From: Chiloscyllium plagiosum
Taxonomy: Eukaryota
Direction of reading: 5' to 3'
Length of the DNA stretch: 59,515 bases
Assembly (NCBI RefSeq): GCF_004010195.1
Contig: NC_057757.1
Location: 2,793,546-2,853,060, forward strand
Both the position numbers and the translations under genes were made by a program. Shown in pieces: positions 47,665-59,515 of this stretch; position 1 is the stretch's first letter, and every line of letters starts with the position of its first letter. Below the pieces are notes generated by a model. The model was not told the origin of the DNA. It worked only from the letters and a program-made list of their open reading frames with translations, and made no database searches.

Positions 47665-48299
47665 TGCATATGGAACTCGCCCATTTTTTCAATCTCCAAC
47701 TCTCGATCCACATACGTCATTTCCGATTTCTGCTCTGTGTAAACTCTAAAAGCTGGACACACTTTGAGGTTGGAGATGCGGAGGAGAACCCCCGACCCCT
47801 CTGCCTACGCACTCTTAACCCTCGACTGCAGTGTGCAGAACCGGACTGACTTGCTCCGAAAAACTGCCTCTTACTTCTTTCTCAGGGAAGGAAACATGTA
47901 TTCCCTCAAAATATCATGAGCCTTTAGATTTCGATATACAATCCATAGACAACTGCAAAGTAAACGCAAGTTAAGAAAATAATAGAATGACAATGATGTC
48001 TTTATTGTTGGTGTAAAATGAAAGACTGGTGACTGGAGATAATGAGAATGATCAGTTTTTCAGGTTTGCCATGACTACAGCATTCTGCAGTAAGTCTGCA
48101 GTGTCTCCTGTCTCAGCTCGTTATTCCAACCAAACTGGGGACGAAGCAGTGAGTGTAATACAATTCGAGAAAGTGAGGTGCTCGTGGTACGGGGAACGAA
48201 AGGCCAGGTTCAATTTATATTGATCAAAAAGTGCAAAGAAACCGCGAGTTCCATTCCACGACTCTCAAAGTAAAATTTCACGTTGAGTCAGTAGGTAAT

Positions 48300-50560
48300 A
48301 ACTACAAATACAATGATGGTATTTATTTTGCCAGAACTTGCATATGAAAGGAGGGATTTATTTCTGAGTGTTATCTGAAGTTTGGGTCCCATATCTCCGG
48401 ACGGACGTCCTGGCCCTGGAACGAATTAAAAGGAGGTTCATCAGAATGGCCCTCGGAATTTAAAGCTGAACATTTGGGGAAAGTTTGAGGATAGTTATTC
48501 TCCACTCGATTCAGTTTAGAAGAATAAGGAGGGATCCAACTGAAACAGACATAATGCTGAATCGCTTGGACCGAGCAGATGTTGAGGAGATGTTTCCATT
48601 GCGAGAACAGACGAGGACACGAGGGCACAGTCTGAGAGTAAAGGGAAGACCTTACAGTACGAAGATAAGGACCAACGTCTTAAGCCAGAGAATGGTGAAT
48701 GTATGGAATTCATTGACACAGAGGGGTGTGCAGGTCAGCTCATTCAGTGTATTAAAGAACGAGATGGATAGGTTCTCGACTGTCGAGATTAAGGGTTACA
48801 GGGAGACAGCTGAGAAACTTGTCAGCTATCATTGAATGCTGGACCAGTGTCGGTAAGGTGAATGCCCTGATTTCTGCTTTTGTCTTATTTTATTATTGTT
48901 GATACTGACATAAACCTACTACTAGTGATTTTAGTGGTCGTGAAAGTGGCTGGGTTTGGGGGTTCACGAAATTTCTTGTTGAGCTGCAGCCAATAAAACC
49001 CCTCTCAGTCAACATCTCCTCCTTTCAGCCAGATACCATCATCAGCTTCCCATCTCCCCACCATCCCATGGAGCCCAGAGTCCTTTTGATCACACCGGTA
49101 GCCAGCCAAAAGGACATTTATTGATCAGTTGGGATATTTCACAAATAAATATCGTAGCTTCCTACTCACCTGTTCTGTGTGCAGCCTGAGAGACTAGCAG
49201 ATACTTTCAGCTGCATTTTGCAAACTGCTCTGTGATTGGGAAAATGAAACTCTGTTGTAAAAATGGAAGCAACAGAGCTATTAGAAATACATTATCAAAT
49301 CAACCAGAATCAGCATAATTTTGTGAAGAGGAAACCACAGCTGACCCGTTTATTAAAATAACTTGTGGAGTTAGCAGCAAGATAGATTTTGGGGAAATCA
49401 ACAGACAGAATATGTTTGGATTTCAAACATTGATTCTGCATGGTATTGAAGGTGAGAATAATTCAAAAAGGAAGAACCCTTGAGCTAATACTGCTGAGGA
49501 GAAAAGTCAGCCAAGGATATTGACCAAGACTTAGGTAATGAATTGAAGACACTGAGTTGAGACTAAAAGAACATCTTTATGATCGCAAATGGTTACATGT
49601 AGAAACCTACGTTCATCAGTATTGAAGCGACATTATTTATAATAAATACTAATCATAATTCTCTTTGCACTTCTTCCAAGTCACCTGTACAATCGAAACA
49701 AATGCACTGTAATCAAGTTTGCAGAACACCAAACGGACATGGAGGCAGCTAGTGAGGATGGGACAACAAATTACAGAGGGCTATAGACAACTAAGCAAGT
49801 GGACAACAACATAGCGGATAGAATATGGTGTGGGAAAAAATGAGGTTTATGCATTTTGGCAGGACGAATCGAAGAGGTGAATGTTAATTAATTGGGGAAA
49901 AATGCAGAAATCTGCAGCACAGAGAGAATTGTGGAGCCTTCTGTTGAAATGTGAAAAGATCGCATCCACGTTCTGATGGGAAAAAGCAAGTTAAATGATA
50001 TGTCTATCTTATCGCAAAGAAAATGCCGGGAAACTATGAACGTTTTGCTAAAACAACACAAGATGCACATCGCCTTACTTCAGGAAAGGCAGTCCAGAAA
50101 GCTTTCACAGGAGTGATGGTGGACATGAATTGATTTATTTCGAGGGATGAGATTTTCCAGACTGCTCCTGACATTATCGATATTTAGAAGAAAGAGACAA
50201 GACGTTAGTGAACGGTAAAAAAAAAAAGAGTGGTTTGGCGGGATAGATTCAGAGCTATTGCTTCTACTTGTCTGCGAGCCTTGGACCAGAGGATATAATC
50301 TCAGAGAAAGGAGTCACATATTTAAGATAGCGATGTTGACGAATTCTTTCTCTCAGGGTGCTGAATCTGTGGAATTATTTTCCGCAGTGTGCTTTCGAGA
50401 TTGGTTGATCAGTGTATCTAAGGCTGAGGGAAGCAGATTTTTAATTAGTAAGGGAATCAAGGCTAAGGCAATAAGGCAGGAAAGTCGAGCTGACGATTAT
50501 CACATCAACCCTGATCTTATTGAATGGTGAGAGTAGACTCTATTGGTTGAATTGCCCATT
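48300..50560 (+). mobile_element. Two heavily decayed CR1 fragments (~48300-48870 and ~49260-50560)
   Basis: TRTRGHSLRVKGRP..SQRMVNVWNSL, plus KFA.. and WTRGYNLR remnants. Confidence 0.7.
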
Positions 50561-50743
50561 CTTCACCTCCACTTATCTTGTTTTCGTCCTTTACTGGGCT
50601 CTCACCAGTCCCTTTTTAAAAATATTTTCAACGAATTTAACAGGGGAGGACGATTTGCACAGAGGAGTCTTAAAACCAAACATCACTTCTGTATTTTACG
50701 CAATTACAATTTTTTACAGCCTGAATAACATTGGATTTTGAAA

Positions 50744-51413
50744 ATGGAAGGGAAAAGCATCATTCACAGCGGGGAGAAACCGTAAACGTGCTGTCCGTGT
50801 GGACAAGGCTTTAATAGAACATCTGCCCTTTCACAACCTAAATACAGTCACAGTGGTGAGAGGTCATTCTTCTGTTCCAACTGTAGGAAAGCATTCACTC
50901 CATCAACCACCCTGCTGAATCACTAGCAAGTTCACACAGATGACAAATCACTTAATTGTCCAGAACATGGGAAATGCTTTAAAATCTCTGGGTCACTGAT
51001 ATCCCATCGACATGCACACAGTGATGAGATATTATTCAGGCTCTCTCACTGAGGAAATGTGTTCAAACAATCATCTTGTTCTCATTGAATGCCAGCAGAT
51101 CCATATTGGGCGAGATCATTGACTTGCTCAGAATGTGGGAAAACATTTCATCGAAAATCCACCGTGCTCAAAAAACAGCGAATTCACACAAAGGACGGAC
51201 CTGAAAATTGCCCGGACTGTGCCAAGTGCTGAAAATGCTCTGGAGCTCGAATGACAGACCGTTCGGCTTTTATCACTGTGGGAGTGAGTTCGAATGTTCA
51301 TCTCAAATGCACAGCGACCTCACACTGGGGACCGGCCGTACATTTGCACGCAGTGTGGGAAGGGATTCGCTGCAATATTCAAAATGCTGACGCAACAGCA
51401 TCTTCATGAGTAA
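50744..51413 (+). pseudogene. C2H2 zinc-finger pseudogene (about 7-8 degenerate fingers)
   Basis: MEGKSIIHSGEKP*TCCPCGQGF...HSGERSFFCSNCRKAF..LLNH*QVHTDDK..CSECGKTF..QRIHT..PYICTQCGKGF, with stops and frameshifts. Acceptor ttttttacag at 50719. Confidence 0.9.
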
Positions 51414-51787
51414 TGAAAGCGACTGGATTTTACTGTGAATATGCTCGTGCTTCATAATGTCCCTCCATCTCGGCCATACGATTGGGTTTCAAATCCAATC
51501 TCCTGTTAAGCTCCGTCAAAGAGATGAAATTCTTTTTTTAATTGATGATCGAATGATGCACGTTGGGGGACTGCTTCTGCTGAAGTTAGAGCATGGAAGA
51601 TATAACATAGTACATTGAAAACAGAACATAGAATATTGAGCAATACAGCACAGTACAGGCCCTTCGGCCCTCGAAGTTGCACCGACATCTGAAAGCCACC
51701 TTAAGCCCATCTCCACGACACTGTCCCAATGCCACCATCTACTTATCAAATGACCATTTAAATGCCATTAAGTTTGAAAAGGGCAAA

Positions 51788-52145
51788 AGCGAGTACTGCA
51801 GATGCTAGAGATTGGAGTCCAGTGTGGTGTGCTTGAAAAGCATAGCAGATCAGGTAGCATTCATCAGAACTGTCCTGCAGAAGACCTTTTACCCGAAACG
51901 AGGTAAAAACAATGATTGCAGATGATGGAAACCAGATTCTGGATCAGTGGTGCTGGAAGAGCACAGCAATTCAGGCAGCATCCGAGGATAGGCAAAATCG
52001 ACGTTTCGGGCAAAAGCCCTTCCTGATGAAGGGCTTTTGCCCGAAACGTCGATTTTGCCTGTCAAGACCTTTTACCCGAAACGTCGTTTCTACGGCTCCT
52101 CGGATGCTACCTGGCCTGCTATGCTTTTCCAGCACCGCACTCTAG
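51788..52145. mobile_element. Nested palindromic Penelope-derived tails
   Basis: Inverted cgacgtttcgggcaaaagccctt / aagggcttttgcccgaaacgtcg. Intact hammerhead-like core at ~52021-52052. Confidence 0.7.
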
Positions 52146-54519
52146 CCCTAAAATTGAAGAGTTTGGTACTTTTGCACGAAATGTATTCATACCCTTACTA
52201 CGGTCTGAGTAAAGAAGCTACCTCTGAAATCTTCCCAATATCTGTCTTCCCTCAGTTCAATGCTATGTCCCCTCGAGTTAGCCATCACCACCCGAAGTAA
52301 TGGACTCCCATTGTCCACTTTATCTCCTCCTCTGATCATCTTGCCTGTGTCTATTACGTCACCTCTTAATCGTCCTCTCTCGAACGAATTTAGTCTCAAG
52401 CCACTCAAACATTCCCCCGACGTCCTTCACTTGAAATCATACAGCATCCTGGTAAAAAAAAAAATCTCTGTGTACTGACGACAAAAATAAAACGGAGTGG
52501 CTCTGATTGAATGCACAGTATCATCGATCTGTTTATTGACGATTGAGTACAACCTGGTTGTCCTGCTGTTACTGCCTTGCATTACTTTGCTGATGATGGA
52601 GAGTTGATCGACATTAGTACAATAATCGGTGGGGTTGATTTGTCCTGTTTTTGTGGACTTGACATTATCAAGACCAGTTTTAAAGAATGTGCGTCAATCC
52701 GAATATTGTGGTTACACTGGACTAGGTTCGATGTTGTGAAAACGATAGCAATGCACTGAATATTATGACCATTCATCTTAGGACTGAACAGGAGGCCAAG
52801 CTCAAAGGTCCAAATGACTGCCTGCTCTTCTGATACGTCGATGCTGGAGAGCTTCAGAGGGGACTGATACCGAATCGTACAGATTTATATCATTTCGCAT
52901 ATCTGCCTGAAGGTTCTTAGCACTTTAGCGCTATCTGTTGCACGCATTGTGATGGGATCCCCCATCTTCCTTGTGGACAGAAACTGTCTTTGAGATGGGT
53001 TGCTCCTTTCCAGTCCATCTTGTTTGATTGAGCACAGATCAAACTGTCTCACTCAGTGGCCTCCACTGTCAATCGGCTCAGCCCCGCTTCTCCCTCACTC
53101 AGTGGTTGTAAGACAAGACAGCCTGCCCCCCTAAACCTGTTATTCAGTCGCTGCTGTCAATCATCGGCCCAGCAGAGAGTAGTGTGAAGCGGTTGCGCTG
53201 GAGAATACCGGCGAGGGCGACACAAACAACGGGCTGCCACTAAATGGACTGGGCCGAGGCATATTTACAGCGTGAGGCGAGAAAATACCCGGCATGTGCC
53301 GGAAATTTAAAATCAGACGGTTTCGTCTTTGCTCTGAGATGGAGTCAGCTGCAGGTTTTGTTCAGGAAGCAGGCCATGGGTTAGCAGTCGAGGCTGAATC
53401 TGTGAATTCCAAGATAGAGTGATGGGGTCGGAATATAGATTGGAACAAGGATTGGAAACACTGCCTTAATTCTGACCAACACATATAGGAGTTAATTTAT
53501 CAGCACGAAGGGAGTCAGAAACCAGGATGGACTACTAGACTGCTTCCAGATGTAATTGAGAATGCGTGGGGAAATAATGAACAAAAGATACTCCAGCAGG
53601 TTAGGAAAACTACCTAGCCATGACAGGCTCCAGCAATGAGACATTTTAGCCATGAGGTTCTGTCGCAGAAGGCTGAAAGAACATTTTTGAAAAAAGTTTT
53701 CAAAGTCATGCAAGTTCCCGACAGAAAAGATAGTGATAGAATGTTTCCAGTCGGAAAAGTAATGTTGACAATAACAGTGGAGATATCAAATAAATAAAAA
53801 GAGAATTAAATGTGATGTGAGAAAGAAACTTCACACAGCGAGTAATTAGATCAAGAATTTATTGTATTGTGTTCATTCAAGGACATTATATAACTTTTAA
53901 TCAGATACAAAGGACATCATTACCTGGAGAATGCTGGGAAATTGCAGAAAGTCATAAAGCGTGGACAAAGCACTGTGATCATGCAATGATTTGAATGGCC
54001 TCCTTCTTTACTTAACAATTCTGTGAATCACAATTTAGAATTGAATCTACACACTGTTAGTAAGGAATATATCACTAATAGCTGACATTTTGTTTGGTCG
54101 ATCAAGCGTGATCAGATTAATGATTTGTGATGGTGAGTGACTAAAGTTAATTATCAAATACATTGCAGTCTCGAATTGTGACTTTTGTTTCCGAAAAACA
54201 TTTCCAAAGCAGAATTTGGATTCTGGTAAAGGTTGATAGGAAAGTGAGGCGTATGGAATTATAACTTTAAAGGGAACCAAAAGGAAACATGTTCAACAGG
54301 AGATAAATTTTCCTGGCAAAAAATTCGATTCTGTTTTACAGAGCTGAGTGTTACAATTTTGTTTTCAAGTGAACGTGTAAGAGAAGATGTGCTGATGGGA
54401 ACTTAGCCAATACATCGCGCTGAGAACTTAGAATGGCCCTCGATTCATCAGGACCTTAATGTTACCTTTGACTGTGTTCATCTGGAATGTTTTAAACAAT
54501 AGCATTATTGAATCAGAAC

Positions 54520-54772
54520 GATGAGGAAACAAGCCAGTCGCAACAAATGTCTGAAGAGCATCCCACATAGAGTCACCACTCTACACTACATTTCCAATCG
54601 TTCGCCCAAACATCTCTGGCCACAGTTGGAAAGCCACCTAAACTGCGCACCTTGTACTGTGGGTCGAAACACACACACACGTGGGAGAATGTGAAAACTC
54701 TACACGGGAAGTCACCGAAGGCTGGGGTTCAACTTAGGTCCTTGGCGCTGTGAGGCATCAGTGCTGAACACC
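54520..54772 (-). mobile_element. Old, diverged HE1/V-SINE
   Basis: Degenerate gggagaatgtgaaaactctacac and ggcgctgtgaggcatcagtgct. Confidence 0.7.
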
Positions 54773-55469
54773 ATAATATTCTACTGGAAAATTCCAGCAT
54801 GTGGACACAGATTGAGCGTGCTAGTGAGCAGACTGTGGAAAGAAATTGAGCTAGTTACACAGCCTTAAAGTCAATTGTTTGTAAACGTTGAGGGTTACGC
54901 ATCAAAACACTTTTGTGATTCTTTGATGCTGGCAACGACAAGTCTGATTTAATAGTTAACTTACTTAAATATCAAGGGATTTTCTGTTCAGTCAAGTTCC
55001 TTCTTCTTCCAGCCAGGGTAAGCATCGTGGTTCTTTCTGCTTGAGATTTTGAAGTCAACTGATAATGTTTTGCAGGTGATCTTTATTATTAGTATTGTCA
55101 CTTGCCCTTTCTTGACGGCCTGTTAATGGGAACATTACCTGCAAGAAATATTGTCCAATTATTGACTGTTCTCGGAATGCATAGTACATAAACATGCAGG
55201 CATCTTATACCAATATTCTTAGAACTGCAACAATGATACAGCTAACTGACTGCGTTTCTGCACCTTAATTATGAGACAGCTAATGATCTTGGTTTCAAAC
55301 AACCCCGATAATGATTCATTTTCCTCAGCTCCACGCAGAACAACACAGGAAAAAAGAGTGAAGCAGTAATATTACAGACGTATACAGTCCAATCATCTAC
55401 TGTCAGTGAAAAACAACAATCCATTTTCATTTGTGGTCTACTGCAAAACCTTGGGATGTGAGATTCTGG

Positions 55470-55544
55470 AAAAAAAAACTTGCATAATTAAAGTGGAGTG
55501 GCGAGTTCCCGAATCTCGGCTATTCTCTGATTTGGTTGGATTTC

Positions 55545-55587
<43 letters not shown>

Positions 55588-58500
55588 TGTTATTTATGGG
55601 GATGGTTGAAAGTATTATCATCATTAAATTGGGATAGACTGTTGTGTTTTCGGTTAGGACAGGTTATTCAATATTCTGATTTATGCTCTTTCTATTTCCA
55701 TCATGAATGTTGTAAATAAATCCAATTTTGCATAGAACTACGTAGTTCGACCATCTGATTCTCTGTCGAATATCCACTATACACGTACTAAAATTCAAAG
55801 AGCAAAATTAAAGCCCGGGCTACTTTCTTGATTTGTTTTGAGGGTTCTTTCCTGATCTAGCCTGTGCCACAACAGTAAAGACTAAGCTGTGGGAAGCAGC
55901 AGACAAGAGAGATTTGGAGATGCCTCCTTCCGTGAAGAAAGAAGAAATAATTACAGCAGTAGATCAATATTCATATTTGTTGGATACACTCACAAAATCT
56001 TCAGAGAATGCTAACGTTCAATTGGAATTGAAACAGTTGCTGTTCAAGGCAAAAGACAACGAAAGGGAAACGGAACTGAAACCGTTTAAATTACGGTTAA
56101 AACCAGAGAGAGAAAAAAAGAAATCTTTTGAACTTCAGAAATTGGCACTTGGGAAAGTCAGCATGAAAGGAGGAAGATGAAGGCTGAAGGTAAGCTTAGT
56201 GAGGGTGAGCAAACCTATGGTAGTTAAAGACCTGGAACTGATCTGTTTAAATATATTCACCATTGCCTTAACTTGATTAGAAGGATGCAGAAACGTATTT
56301 TACCTCATTTGAATACGTGGCTAAACAAATGCAGTAACCAAAAATCATGTGGATTTTGTTGATCCAAACCACATTTGCAGGTAGAGCGAATACGGTATTC
56401 ACATCATTGTCACAGGGGGTATATGAGGCATATGAGGAGGTGAAGTAAGACATCTTAAGTGCACATAAGCTTGGGCCAGAAGCCTACAGACAACGTTTCA
56501 GGAATCTAAGGAAGGATCCTGTTTAAAGCAATACTGTTTTTTGAAAATCAAACAAAGTGATTTTGATTGTTGGATAAGAACTTTAAAAATAGAGCAAATG
56601 TCCAACGTTTTTCCAGAGGCAATTATTGTGGAGGGGTTCAAAACTTCACCTCATGATGTAGTGAGAACTCATATCGATAAGCAGGAAGTTATCCTGCCAA
56701 GTTCGCAGCTGAAATGGCTGGTTATTACAAGCTTGACCACAAAGCAAAGTTTGGCTTCCAGAATCAATATCGATCTGTAAGTGATAGAAATTCTGTAAAA
56801 GAACAATCCTCAAGTGGAAAAGGAAATATAGATCTCGGTGAAAATCATAAGGACAACTTGCCACAGGGTAAAATGGAAACTTTAAGGCTAGCAGAGAAGT
56901 CAAAAAAAACACTCCGGTGTTTTCATTCCGATTAAGTAGACCACATGAAGTCACGGTGTTGGTGGGTTAGGGGAGGCACTGGGAAGCCACATGTGGGAAA
57001 ACGGGAAAATCCAGTGAATTTTGTTGGAGTGGTAACAGAAAACACAATAGAAGCTAGAAAGTTGCACCCAAATGTATATTCTGGTCAGAGATTGGTTGAT
57101 GAGGAAGTACCACATCTTCTGAAAATATATATCTGCAAAGGTAAAGTTTATTCGCTTAGGGCAGGGGCAACAGGTAAAGAGGTTACAATACTGAGGGACA
57201 CAGGATACTCTCAGTCTATGATGTGAAAAATTTGGAGATGCTTACTCCTGAAGCAGAATTGCCAGGAAAGATACTATCAACGGGAATTCATGGTGAGGCA
57301 AAAAGCGCTCAATTATGTCATTTGTGGTTAGAGTGTCCAGTAAAGAGTGCAGATTTCATGATAGCAGTAGAGGACAAACTCTCAGCTCCCTGAAGACTAT
57401 TTGTACTTGCTCATGATATAGCTGTTTCACAGATTGCAGTGCTGTCTAACGTGGTTGAAAAGCAAGTGGAAACTCACGGAACTGGGCAGTTGCAGGACAC
57501 TGCAACTGGAATCTTTCCTGACGATGAGGTAAGTAAGTCACAAATTCATTAGTAGAATCAGGACAGATCAAAGAGTACAGGTAAGAAAGTTGTTTGATCA
57601 GATTGTTGGCACAAATTGCGAGCAATAGATGACAATGCAGACATCTTTAGCTCAAATAAATTAATTGAGTTACAATAGGAAGGTGGAAATTGAAAGCAGT
57701 TTTATCAAAAGGCACACACAGAAAAGGAATCCAAATGCATACAGAAATATTTTTAACATAAAAAAATGGTGTCTTAGCGAGGAAACGGAGACAGTAACAG
57801 GTTCAAGCAGATGAGAACTGGTCAAAAATTCTACAAATCGTATTGTCAGTTGTGTACAGAAAGGATGCGTTGCAAATGGCGCATGACCTACCACTTGCGG
57901 ATTATTTAGGAGTGAGGTAAAGACAAGCTAAAATACAGAATCAATTTTACTGGCCTGGACTGCACAAGGATATAGTTGATTTTTTCCAGATGAGAATTAC
58001 TTGTCAGATATTTGGAAAACTACAGGCAGTAATAAAACCTTCACATCTAATACTTATTCTTGCATCTGCGAAAACTTTTAAAGGAGGCTTAGACACATAT
58101 TTCCCCTACCACAGGTAAAAAGTTGTAAATCAGGATGTGTTAATAATACTGGGTGTATCGACGAGATTTCAAGAGGCCATTCCAATATTCAATATCACAT
58201 CTAAAATGATAACTACTCAACTATTTCTCCCAATACAGATATAGTCAGATCAAGGGTCAAACTTCACATTAAAATTATTCAACGAAGTTATGGACAAATT
58301 AAAATTACAACAATTCAAATGTACTATCTGGAATTGCAGGGAAGGGGAGAAAGGTGGCATCGCACATTAAAGATCCTGTTGAGAGGGTATAGTCAAGACT
58401 ATCCAGATGGTTGCGATCACAGATGCACCATATGAATTGGCAAAATGCGTCCATTTGAATTGGTTTTGGGGTATGAAGTGAGAAGATCATTAAAAATGTT

Positions 58501-58860
58501 TCAGGAGAAATGAGGAAGTCAGGATTCAGAGACCAAGTACTTAAACACTCTTTTTCCAAATTTCAGGGAAAGATTAAATAGAGAATTGGAGTTGGCTAGA
58601 CACTACTTAAAAATATCGCAACATACCATGAAACAGGAAGCAGATAAGAAATCGCAAATAAGATATTTTGCTATAAGCGATAAGGTGTAGTTGTTACTTA
58701 AGTGACATATAAGAAATATCTAAGTTCACAGCCTTCTGAATTAGACTTTCCTCAAATTAAATTTGTTAATGAAGAAGTTGTCAAAATTGGGATAAATTAC
58801 TGAGTTATCTTCCAGAGGAAGTAGCGGAGAGTCGTAAATAAGTTGGCAAGTCACATTGAT
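55470..58860 (+). mobile_element. Decayed Gmr1-like (Ty3/gypsy) LTR retrotransposon: LTR remnant, gag, protease, integrase
   Basis: Gag/SCAN-like YFTSFEYVAKQMQ*PK..W..L...PEAYRQRFRNLRK, knuckle CFHSD*VDHMKSRC, protease ILRDTGYSQS (~57197), then integrase AHDLPLA..LG..FYWPGLHKDI..TCQ and SDQGSNFT. No RT seen. Confidence 0.8.
55546..55586. repeat. (GT)n microsatellite
   Basis: About 20 perfect units. Confidence 0.95.
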
Positions 58861-59515
58861 TGTCATTTGATCTCTCAGGTTGAAGTGAGAATGACCTTTT
58901 CTTAATTTGTCAGCAGTATTATGGTGACTTTATCTTGGAATTCATTTGAAATACTTTATAACAAATGGTAGAAATTAATATCCTTCCATACTAAAGTTTG
59001 TATAGAATTTAGTCGCGTTCTCAGTGAAAAACAAATATTCAGATTTTTGGTAAATAATGCCGGGCAGCTAGCAAATGTCTGGCAAGGAATAAGAACTTTA
59101 TAAGCATTGTAAATGACCTAAGGTACATAATGAAGGCATCCATTAGACATCATGTGATTATAGGAGTACGTACACTTGACTATACAGTTGTCCATCAGTG
59201 ATCGTGTTTTAGTAGATTATGTTTATAGATTATTTTGTTGTGGCTAACACTGACATCAGTATTGCATGCAATTATTGTATTGCAAAGAGTATGATTCGTA
59301 GCATTTCGCTTTGGAACTCAGACGGAATTGACGTATGCTCCCAACTGCATTTAAGAGGGCAACTACGTCCCACAAGAAACACCGTTTTGGAGTCGTCTCC
59401 GGCCATTCTTACGTACATGGTATCAGAACACTTAATAAAGATTGCTTGTTCTGAGCAACACAGCACTGAAGATTCCTATTTGACACTTCACTCTCCAACA
59501 GCCTCTTTCCAATTT

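Noticed and set aside
50744..56700. SCAN-zinc finger fusion gene
   Set aside because: The gag lies downstream of the fingers and both are pseudogenised.
59236..59484. Short solo LTR or snRNA-type promoter (TG..AATAAA..GACA, ACTACGTCCCA)
   Set aside because: No TSD, second copy or RNA gene recognised. Evidence too weak.

Overview
Eukaryotic genomic DNA with five N-gaps. The repeat content (HE1/V-SINEs, CR1 LINE tails, Penelope remnants, MEGKS-type zinc fingers) points to a cartilaginous fish, probably a bamboo shark; the taxon is an inference. Two 500-N gaps split the window into three blocks. Block 1 (1-27397) holds the 3' part of the TFIID subunit gene taf6 on the minus strand, with eight coding exons, a stop at 9684 and AATAAA at 8352. 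Its Ser/Pro/Thr-rich penultimate exon is present in two diverged, intact, phase-0 copies, and one internal exon lacks its acceptor and first five codons. Block 2 (27898-44495) is repeat-rich, with a 1.9-kb SINE-derived minisatellite and two unidentified candidate exons. Block 3 (44996-59515) is more AT-rich and decayed, with tRNA pseudogenes, a C2H2 zinc-finger pseudogene and a Gmr1-like LTR retrotransposon relic. Three Penelope-derived repeat families carry minimal hammerhead-ribozyme cores with compensatory stem changes. All homology calls come from recalled sequences, not database searches.
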